DNA of 64,000 nucleotides from Plasmodiophora brassicae (Eukaryota): NCBI GenBank assembly GCA_036867785.1, contig CP145418.1, positions 1,116,001 to 1,180,000 of the forward strand, read 5' to 3'. Shown piece by piece: positions 25,452 to 36,500 of this stretch (position 1 is its first letter; each line of letters starts with the position of its first letter). The notes under the pieces were generated by a model. It saw only the letters and a program-made list of their open reading frames with translations, ran no database searches and was not told where the DNA came from. The position numbers and the translations under genes were made by a program.

Positions 25452-26681
25452 ATGACTCGTCAGAAAAACAAAGGCGGTTCTATCAGAAGAAACCGATTTG
25501 CCCACAATGTCATCCTGGTCATCATGTCCTGCGTACTGATTGCTGCAGGGGTCTGTTTGGTCATCTTGATCAGCAGCGAACGATTTGACGAATTATTCTT
25601 CGTTTGACAGTCGATGCACACGTTGGCGGCGCAACCGTTGAAGACCGTTGGCGGCAAGACGAAAGTCAAGTACACGTGGTTGCTAGCGCTTCTCACGTAC
25701 TCGTTCCCGGTGTCCCTTGTTATCTGGATTATTATCAATCGCGGCCGGCCTGAAATGCCCTCCAAAATCATGTGGAAACGCTGTGCGTTCCTCGGGCTGC
25801 TTGACGCCATTGGCATTTCACTCGGGTCGTACGCGCTGAGCACGCTTCCTGCGATTGTCTACACAATTCTTGGAGGTACGATATGTCCAGCTCCTCTATA
25901 GAGCAATACTGAAGAAGTTTACACTCAGGGAGCTCGCTCATCTTCGTCGTCCTTATCAGCCTGGTTAGCACGACGAAGAGTTTTCACATTGTCCAATACG
26001 CTGGCGTAGTCCTGATGACCATCGCCGTGACCGTCGTTGGCCTTTCCGGAACCTCGCAGAGCACGTCGATCGGGACTAACGAGCAGGCGCTTGGCGTTGT
26101 TGCCTGCCTTGTTAGCTCAGTCTCTATTTCCCTGCTTTGCGTTCTCACGCAGAAGATGTTCGCTGTTGAACAGGCCAAGGGAGACCTGCAGTTCGCCTGG
26201 CAACTGAACATCTGCCAGAGTATGTTTGCCACGCTTTATATCCTTCCTTTAGCATGCTTCTCGGCGGAGTTCAGCGAGCTCCCACGAGCATTCGAGGCCA
26301 TCCGAGAAGCAGGGAACATGCCAACTTTTGTGACGGTGTGCATTCTGATTGTCATGGCCGCGCCCGCACAACGATTCTGCAATGTCGGTTAATTGGACAC
26401 CAGGTGTTCGGACTGCCGTTAACAGCATGCGCAAATAGGTGGCGGTCACGAGCTTCTCCTCAGCGACGTTGGCTCGATCACTTACTGGTCCCCGTCGTGT
26501 CGTCATCATGGTCGTCAGCTTCAAATTGTTCGGGGAGGAGATCACCCGTTGGAAGGTTATCGCGGCCGCCCTGATGCTGGTTTCCCTAGGCATCTACATG
26601 TACGGTGGCTACATTGTCCAGCGATCCAAGTCCAATTCTGGTGGCCAACCTTCCCCAGTGAAACACAAACACGTCAAGTAA
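25452..26681 (+). CDS. Drug/metabolite transporter (DMT) superfamily protein, purine-permease/SLC35-like, 4 exons
   Basis: ~10 TM helices; FLGLLDAIGISLGSYALSTLPAIVYTILG|GSSLIFVVLIS and VSFKLFGEEITRWKVIAAALMLVSLGIYMYG are DMT repeat signatures. Confidence 0.82.
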
Positions 26682-26745
26682 ATGCTATGCTTTTGTGCTC
26701 CTTGCCGTCCCTTGTTGCGGTGGACAGTTGTCCGACACGTCCATT

Positions 26746-27137
26746 ATGGGTGCAGTGAGACGCGCGGTGAGTTCGAGCGAGGGCGTCTTCGAGGACGACG
26801 GCGCCGTCGCGGAATACCGTCTATGGAAGCGGCCTGGCAACGGCAACGTCGTCATGGAGATCACCCACACGTTCGTTCCAGTTGACAAGCGCGGATGTGG
26901 CCTGGCTGGACATGTCGCGTCGGCCGCATTCGAGTTCGCTCGCCAGCACGACATGCGAGTTCTGCCCACATGCACATGTACTATTCTCGGATTCGTATCG
27001 GTTCATAATGGTTTCATGTGGAGGCGTGCACAGATATCGGGCAAACGTTTCTTGAACGAAACCCCGAGTACAGGAGCGTCTGCATCAGTATCGATGACCG
27101 GTTAGGACTAGAAGAAGCCTCGATTGACGACCTGTGA
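26746..27137 (+). CDS. Small GNAT acetyltransferase (YjdJ/NATD1, Acetyltransf_CG family), 2 exons
   Basis: MEITHTFVPVDKRGCGLAGHVASAAFEFARQHDMRVLPTCT|YIGQTFLERNPEY after removing one short intron. Confidence 0.88.
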
Positions 27138-27503
27138 CCATCCGGCTCGTTCCACTTGTATAAAAGTCTAATCTTTCCTGTATGTGTTCGTGATACGCTG
27201 CGCCGCAGATACGCACGCTGTATGGCAGACGAGACTTCTCCGAAACACGCGTTCAGCGCTCTCGCAGAATGACAGTGGAGTGCGAAGACGCCAAATAAGG
27301 CGCTGTTAGCGTTGTCTTGGCAAGGTGACGCGACACGGATGTCCTAAATATAACCCCCGCCAGTGAGAGGGGACGTTTTGCAGCCGTTGCGACTGCGACG
27401 TGCGTGCCACCCGCGGCGGTGTCGGTGACCCCATTTTCGATTTAGTCTGGGTGGTCGTGGGTGTCCGTGGAAGCGCGAGGCCGTCGTCGCTGGCTCGACA
27501 GCG

Positions 27504-30500
27504 ATGTCGCCGCCTCCGCGTGTTCGGTGGAGACCACAACGTAATGCCTTAGGTACGGTCTGAACGTCATCATGCCTGAGGAGATGTTTACGGGGGCATA
27601 GGCGTCACGATCGTAATTTTCCTGTTGCTGTTCTCATATGGGCTTTGTGACACTGGCCCCCATGTTGGATTTGATGCGTTGCATTGGGCATCACTCGATG
27701 GAGTAGATCTGCGTCTTCCGCGGAATACCAACCTATCGATGTTGCATCATTTCGAACACAATTCCACGTATCACCACGAGGAGCCTCATATCGTTGTCTT
27801 TGCAGCCAACGTCTTCTTCTCTCGCAATTGTAACGTTGGGAGACTAGAGCCATGTGTCTGTGTACGAGATGCATTCAGCGCTGCAATCGCGCGTCTTGAC
27901 GCTGCCGCTACGGAGCGTAAAATCCTTGTGTTTGGATCTCGTGTTCCTCATAGATTACAACTGAATAACGCACGCGATGTTTTAATCGTTGCAATGACTA
28001 AGGTTACATTTAGTCATCCAATTCGACTATCGTCATGCGTCAATGTCACTTTCGATGGATTCAGCGTGCTTGATATAATCGTTGATGATTCGGACCATAT
28101 ACGCCTATCTGGAACTTCTTCTGAGGACACTTTCCGTGTCTTTGTGGCCGATACGACTACACGATCCCCACCAGCACCGGTTCGGATTCGTGTTTCTGGA
28201 TTTTCTGGGTTTGATACTTTATCTATTGTCTTGAGAGATGACAGCCGCATTTTATGCTCTGCTGATTCTGTCGAGACAATTTCTCTGGATCTCCTTTGCA
28301 AGAATGGACCGTGCTCCGGTATCTTTGACAACTCTACTCTAGCTTGGGCCCTCTCTTCGGTTGCGGTGTCCGGCCGTTCGAACTGGCTTCTGCATACGTC
28401 TGGCGGGGATCTATACGTGCGGCGCGCATTATGTTCCAGATTAGCCATTACAGGTCCGTCGAGCGTTTTCCTCGAGGGCTCCGCTATCCTCGATGATCTA
28501 TTCGTCAAATCGCCATTCGTTATTTCGCGAAGCAACGCTTCTGTTGTGGCCACAAACTCGGTTGAAATTGGCGACGCGAATTCAGCTGTGGTTTTAGAGG
28601 CAAACGCAGTGATCCGGAGCGGATCTGTCATCGTTAATGGCCGTCGAATTCTTTTGTTCGGGTCAATTCGCGCGACTACTACGCTTCACATCGGGTCCTT
28701 CCTGGACACCAGTAGTGTTGACGTTTCAGGCACGCTCCATTGCGTGTCAGAGGGAAAGTCAATAGCAACGATTCGAATCATTGCACATAACCTGATCAAC
28801 ATATGGCCCTCAGCAGTCGTCGAGGCTGAAGGGAACGCGTTTGCTTGCAACGGTGGACTGATTGAGGTTGGTGGTGTACAGGCCAGCATGTCCGATAACA
28901 CCTTTGTGCGCGACCTGTACGTATATCGCGGCTCCCGCATTTCTGTGGATTCCTTTCCTTTGCAAGGCGATGCCGGAACTATCATCTTACTGTCGAGCGA
29001 CGCGACCTTGTTTAACGGTCGAGCAACGGCACGTAGTGGTATACTCACAGGAGAAGCTGGCTTCATTGAAATATCGTCCCTTGATTCGCTTCATTTCGAT
29101 GGAATCACCAATCTGTCTTCCGTAGCCGGATCTTCAGGGACGCTTCTTCTGGATCCCATCACTGTTGTCATAGATGTTTCCGGCTCAAATGACAATCTGC
29201 TACCTGTGATCAGTTCGGGAACTAGCCCGTCGTCGATGACAATATCGGCATCAGCTATTCATACTTCCCTAACAACAGGCGATGTCTCGATTTCCGCTAC
29301 TGCCAACATTACTGTAAACGCGAATATCGGGACGGGTGCGGAGACGCATGCTCTCACACTCTCTGCGGGCACGACGCTTTCTATAAATGCCGCAATATCG
29401 ACGAGCGGTGCTGTCACGTTGAGCGGCTCGACGGGCATCAACGCCAATGGCAGTCTAATATCGGGTACTACTATGTCGCTAACCGCGTCAGCTGGACCGG
29501 TCGATGTTCGTTATCCGATTACGAGCGGGACGCAGTTAACAATATCTGGAACTACAGTATCGATCAATGGAACCGTCTCTGCCGGAACGACGATGACAGT
29601 CACCGCAACATCCGGCGCAATTACAGTTGTTCGGAACTGCACTTCGTCCGGTATCATGACCTGGTCAGCTACAGATTCGCTCCAAGTTGCAGGATCGGCA
29701 ACACTAGCTACACAGGGATATACATTCTCTGCAACGTGTGATAGCGATTGCAATGGCATCGGAGATTTGAACATCGCATCTGGAAGTTCAGTGTTGACGT
29801 CGAATGGAGCTGGAATTATATCGGTGAACCAGTTATCACTGGCGGGCGTTATCAAATCCGGCAGTGGATCCATATCCCTAAGTGGCTGTTCAAGCAAATC
29901 CATACAATTTGGTGGCAGTGCAGGAGCTGGAACTGCCATTGAACTGACTTCCTCCAAACTTGGGCAGATTACAACATCTGGCGGATATGTCTTAAAGAGT
30001 TCTTCTATTAGCGTTCAGGCAGTGTCGACATCGACGAGCGTTGAACTGAATGCAAGAGCAACAGGAGGAACTATTTCTTTTGCGGGCACCTCTTCTTTTT
30101 CTAGTTTAAACGCTACTGCGCACAGTGGAATATCTGTCCTTGCTTCAATCTCGACGACGGCAGGAGCTCTTGTCCTAGACGGCGATTACTCTGCGACATT
30201 TGCGGGAACGACATCTATAACGTCAAACGCGTTGCTTACCTCCTACACCGATTTATCGATTCATCCGCACGGTACTGGTCGAGTGGTCGTGTCATGTCCT
30301 GCTTCATGGTCGGCGCGAAACCACGTAAACCTGTATGCAGGGACTCGGGTTTATGGTTCGGGCGGCGATTTCTCTTTGGTATCTGATAGTGCGGCCACCG
30401 GAACTGGAGGTGCTCTGAAATTTGCTTCGACATCAAATATCACATTCGTAAGCTCCTTGGTCACGAAGCTTTATCTCAAAGGAAATGCCTTCCAGTGGTC

Positions 30501-33500
30501 TAACGGTTTCTCTCTGTCGGCTTTGTCAGCTAAAGTTGTCATAGACAATAGCGTCAGCGCCGCATTTTCCATCGGCTCCGGTGGGTCTCTCACAAGCGCT
30601 ACGCTATCAATGATTACGACAACCGGGACACTTCAACTTGGCGACACAGCCGTCACCGACATGTCTATTTATGGCTTCGATAGATCAGGAAGTTCAGAGT
30701 CGCTACTCAGCATACACGGCGCAAGTTCGGTGACGTTTTCCACGTCTGCCACGACCGTGTACGCGAACCTGTACGTGTCCACGGCCGGCAACGTCGCTGT
30801 CAACACCGCGCTGCATGTGCCGAACGGGTACGTCCAGATCTTCGCGGATAACGATGCCAACCTGGCTGGCTCGTTTACCGTCGCGGCGTCGACGACGATC
30901 ACGGTGTCGCTGGCGCTGACGAGCTTTTCGGTTTCGTGCGCCGACGTCGTCATCGGCAACGGCGCATCACTGGCCCTCTCTACTGCAAGCGTGTCGATTT
31001 CCAGCACGAGCACGTTGCCGATCCAGTTTGGCGGGTCGTCGTCGTCTGGCACCTGGGTCGACATATCGTCGACCGAGGCGGCATCCATCACGACGTCGAC
31101 GTCGTGGAAGCTGATCAGCAAGATTATCACGATCCGGGCGCTGTCGTCCGGCACAGTTGTCGGGTCGGTCGAGCTGGACGCCCGTGTTTCCGGCGGGCAG
31201 ATTACGTTCAGCGCGTCGTCCGTCTTCGACAGCCTGAATGCGACCGCTGAGGCCGGGCTGGCTGTCAACGCCCCTATAACGACTATCGTCGGGCAGCTCG
31301 CTCTGGATGGCGATTACGATCCGACGTCGGGCGGGCGGACTGCATTCGCCGCCAGCGCCACGCTTTCGGCTAAAACGAACCTGCTGCTGTGCCCGAGGTC
31401 CCGCAGCGCCATCGACGTGGTTGCCCCTGCGACCTGGTCCGCCCAGGGCAACGTCCAGTTGTACACGGGTGTGCGCACGACCGGCAGCGGGTCGACGCTC
31501 TCCATCCTAGCGGACAGTGCCGCGGCTGGCTCTGGTCAGCTGATCTTCGCTGGCACGGCAAACATATCGGTTCAAGCCCCGGTCGTCAGCACGGTCTACC
31601 TTCGCGCCAGCGCCATGCAGTGGTCGACAGGGTTCCGGCTATCGGCGTCGTCGGCTACCGTCGTCATTGACAAGAGCACGTCGTCGGCGTTCTCAGTTGG
31701 CGTCGGCGGTGCCCTGACCGACGCGATGCTGCTGATGGTCACGACGACAGGTGTATTGCAGGTCGGGGACACCCTGGTCTCAGATTTGTCGGTTGTCGGG
31801 TTTGACCGATCGACACGTTCGGAGTCGCTGCTCAGCCTGCGGGCTTCGAATTCCGTGACGTTCTCCACGTCGGCCACGACCGTGTACGCGAACCTGTACG
31901 TGTCCACGGCCGGCAACGTCGCTGTCAACACCGCGCTGCACGTGCCGAACGGGTACGTCCAGATCTTCGCGGATAACGATGCCAACCTGGCTGGCTCGTT
32001 TACCGTCGCGGCGTCGACGACGATCACGGTGTCGCTGGCGCTGACGAGCTTTTCGGTTTCGTGCGCCGACGTCGTCATCGGCAACGGCGCATCACTGGCC
32101 CTCTCTACTGCAAGCGTGTCGATTTCCAGCACGAGCACGTTGCCGATCCAGTTTGGCGGGTCGTCGTCGTCTGGCACCTGGGTCGACATATCGTCGACCG
32201 AGGCGGCATCCATCACGACGTCGACGTCGTGGAAGCTGATCAGCAAGATTATCACGATCCGGGCGCTGTCGTCCGGCACAGTTGTCGGGTCGGTCGAGCT
32301 GGACGCCCGTGTTTCCGGCGGGCAGATTACGTTCAGCGCGTCGTCCGTCTTCGACAGCCTGAATGCGACCGCTGAGGCCGGGCTGGCTGTCAACGCCCCT
32401 ATAACGACTATCGTCGGGCAGCTCGCTCTGGATGGCGATTACGATCCGACGTCGGGCGGGGGGCGGACTGCATTCGCCGCCAGCGCCACGCTTTCGGCTA
32501 AAACGAACCTGCTGCTGTGCCCGAGGTCCCGCAGCGCCATCGACGTGGTTGCCCCTGCGACCTGGTCCGCCCAGGGCAACGTCCAGTTGTACACGGGTGT
32601 GCGCACGACCGGCAGCGGGTCGACGCTCTCCATCCTAGCGGACAGTGCCGCGGCTGGCTCTGGTCAGCTGATCTTCGCTGGCACGGCAAACATATCGGTT
32701 CAAGCCCCGGTCGTCAGCACGGTCTACCTTCGCGCCAGCGCCATGCAGTGGTCGACAGGGTTCCGGCTATCGGCGTCGTCGGCTACCGTCGTCATTGACA
32801 AGAGCACGTCGTCGGCGTTCTCAGTTGGCGTCGGCGGTGCCCTGACCGACGCGATGCTGCTGATGGTCACGACGACAGGTGTATTGCAGGTCGGGGACAC
32901 CCTGGTCTCAGATTTGTCGGTTGTCGGGTTTGACCGATCGACACGTTCGGAGTCGCTGCTCAGCCTGCGGGCTTCGAATTCCGTGACGTTCTCCACGTCG
33001 GCCACGACCGTGTACGCGAACCTGTACGTGTCCACGGCCGGCAACGTCGCTGTCAACACCGCGCTGCACGTGCCGAACGGGTACGTCCAGATCTTCGCGG
33101 ATAACGATGCCAACCTGGCTGGCTCGTTTACCGTCGCGGCGTCGACGACGATCACGGTGTCGCTGGCGCTGACGAGCTTTTCGGTTTCGTGCGCCGACGT
33201 CGTCATCGGCAACGGCGCATCACTGGCCCTCTCTACTGCAAGCGTGTCGATTTCCAGCACGAGCACGTTGCCGATCCAGTTTGGCGGGTCGTCGTCGTCT
33301 GGCACCTGGGTCGACATATCGTCGACCGAGGCGGCATCCATCACGACGTCGACGTCGTGGAAGCTGATCAGCAAGATTATCACGATCCGGGCGCTGTCGT
33401 CCGGCACAGTTGTCGGGTCGGTCGAGCTGGACGCCCGTGTTTCCGGCGGGCAGATTACGTTCAGCGCGTCGTCCGTCTTCGACAGCCTGAATGCGACCGC

Positions 33501-36500
33501 TGAGGCCGGGCTGGCTGTCAACGCCCCTATAACGACTATCGTCGGGCAGCTCGCTCTGGATGGCGATTACGATCCGACGTCGGGCGGGCGGACTGCATTC
33601 GCCGCCAGCGCCACGCTTTCGGCTAAAACGAACCTGCTGCTGTGCCCGAGGTCCCGCAGCGCCATCGACGTGGTTGCCTCTGCGACCTGGTCCGCCCAGG
33701 GCAACGTCCAGTTGTACACGGGTGTGCGCACGACCGGCAGCGGGTCGACGCTCTCCATCCTAGCGGACAGTGCCGCGGCTGGCTCTGGTCAGCTGATCTT
33801 CGCTGGCACGGCAAACATATCGGTTCAAGCCCCGGTCGTCAGCACGGTCTACCTTCGCGCCAGCGCCATGCAGTGGTCGACAGGGTTCCGGCTATCGGCG
33901 TCGTCGGCTACCGTCGTCATTGACAAGAGCACGTCGTCGGCGTTCTCAGTTGGCGTCGGCGGTGCCCTGACCGACGCGATGCTGCTGATGGTCACGACGA
34001 CAGGTGTATTGCAGGTCGGGGACACCCTGGTCTCAGATTTGTCGGTTGTCGGGTTTGACCGATCGACACGTTCGGAGTCGCTGCTCAGCCTGCGGGCTTC
34101 GAATTCCGTGACGTTCTCCACGTCGGCCACGACCGTGTACGCGAACCTGTACGTGTCCACGGCCGGCAACGTCGCTGTCAACACCGCGCTGCACGTGCCG
34201 AACGGGTACGTCCAGATCTTCGCGGATAACGATGCCAACCTGGCTGGCTCGTTTACCGTCGCGGCGTCGACGACGATCACGGTGTCGCTGGCGCTGACGA
34301 GCTTTTCCGTTTCGTGCGCCGACGTCGTCATCGGCAACGGCGCATCACTGGCCCTCTCTACTGCAAGCGTGTCGATTTCCAGCACGAGCACGTTGCCGAT
34401 CCAGTTTGGCGGGTCGTCGTCGTCTGGCACCTGGGTCGACATATCGTCGACCGAGGCGGCATCCATCACGACGTCGACGTCGTGGAAGCTGATCAGCAAG
34501 ATTATCACGATCCGGGCGCTGTCGTCCGGCACAGTTGTCGGGTCGGTCGAGCTGGACGCCCGTGTTTCCGGCGGGCAGATTACGTTCAGCGCGTCGTCCG
34601 TCTTCGACAGCCTGAATGCGACCGCTGAGGCCGGGCTGGCTGTCAACGCCCCTATAACGACTATCGTCGGGCAGCTCGCTCTGGATGGCGATTACGATCC
34701 GACGTCGGGCGGGCGGACTGCATTCGCCGCCAGCGCCACGCTTTCGGCTAAAACGAACCTGCTGCTGTGCCCGAGGTCCCGCAGCGCCATCGACGTGGTT
34801 GCCCCTGCGACCTGGTCCGCCCAGGGCAACGTCCAGTTGTACACGGGTGTGCGCACGACCGGCAGCGGGTCGACGCTCTCCATCCTAGCGGACAGTGCCG
34901 CGGCTGGCTCTGGTCAGCTGATCTTCGCTGGCACGGCAAACATATCGGTTCAAGCCCCGGTCGTCAGCACGGTCTACCTTCGCGCCAGCGCCATGCAGTG
35001 GTCGACAGGGTTCCGGCTATCGGCGTCGTCGGCTACCGTCGTCATTGACAAGAGCACGTCGTCGGCGTTCTCAGTTGGCGTCGGCGGTGCCCTGACCGAC
35101 GCGATGCTGCTGATGGTCACGACGACAGGTGTATTGCAGGTCGGGGACACCCTGGTCTCAGATTTGTCGGTTGTCGGGTTTGACCGATCGACACGTTCGG
35201 AGTCGCGGCTCAGCCTGCGGGCTTCGAATTCCGTGACGTTCTCCACGTCGGCCACGACCGTGTACGCGAACCTGTACGTGTCCACGGCCGGCAACGTCGC
35301 TGTCAACACCGCGCTGCACGTGCCGAACGGGTACGTCCAGATCTTCGCGGATAACGATGCCAACCTGGCTGGCTCGTTTACCGTCGCGGCGTCGACGACG
35401 ATCACGGTGTCGCTGGCGCTGACGAGCTTTTCGGTTTCGTGCGCCGACGTCGTCATCGGCAACGGCGCATCACTGGCCCTCTCTACTGCAAGCGTGTCGA
35501 TTTCCAGCACGAGCACGTTGCCGATCCAGTTTGGCGGGTCGTCGTCGTCTGGCACCTGGGTCGACATATCGTCGACCGAGGCGGCATCCATCACGACGTC
35601 GACGTCGTGGAAGCTGATCAGCAAGATTATCACGATCCGGGCGCTGTCGTCCGGCACAGTTGTCGGGTCGGTCGAGCTGGACGCCCGTGTTTCCGGCGGG
35701 CAGATTACGTTCAGCGCGTCGTCCGTCTTCGACAGCCTGAATGCGACCGCTGAGGCCGGGCTGGCTGTCAACGCCCCTATAACGACTATCGTCGGGCAGC
35801 TCGCTCTGGATGGCGATTACGATCCGACGTCGGGCGGGCGGACTGCATTCGCCGCCAGCGCCACGCTTTCGGCTAAAACGAACCTGCTGCTGTGCCCGAG
35901 GTCCCGCAGCGCCATCGACGTGGTTGCCCCTGCGACCTGGTCCGCCCAGGGCAACGTCCAGTTGTACACGGGTGTGCGCACGACCGGCAGCGGGTCGACG
36001 CTCTCCATCCTAGCGGACAGTGCCGCGGCTGGCTCTGGTCAGCTGATCTTCGCTGGCACGGCAAACATATCGGTTCAAGCCCCGGTCGTCAGCACGGTCT
36101 ACCTTCGCGCCAGCGCCATGCAGTGGTCGACAGGGTTCCGGCTATCGGCGTCGTCGGCTACCGTCGTCATTGACAAGAGCACGTCGTCGGCGTTCTCAGT
36201 TGGCGTCGGCGGTGCCCTGACCGACGCGATGCTGCTGATGGTCACGACGACAGGTGTATTGCAGGTCGGGGACACCCTGGTCTCAGATTTGTCGGTTGTC
36301 GGGTTTGACCGATCGACACGTTCGGAGTCGCTGCTCAGCCTGCGGGCTTCGAATTCCGTGACGTTCTCCACGTCGGCCACGACCGTGTACGCGAACCTGT
36401 ACGTGTCCACGGCCGGCAACGTCGCTGTCAACACCGCGCTGCACGTGCCGAACGGGTACGTCCAGATCTTCGCGGATAACGATGCCAACCTGGCTGGTTC

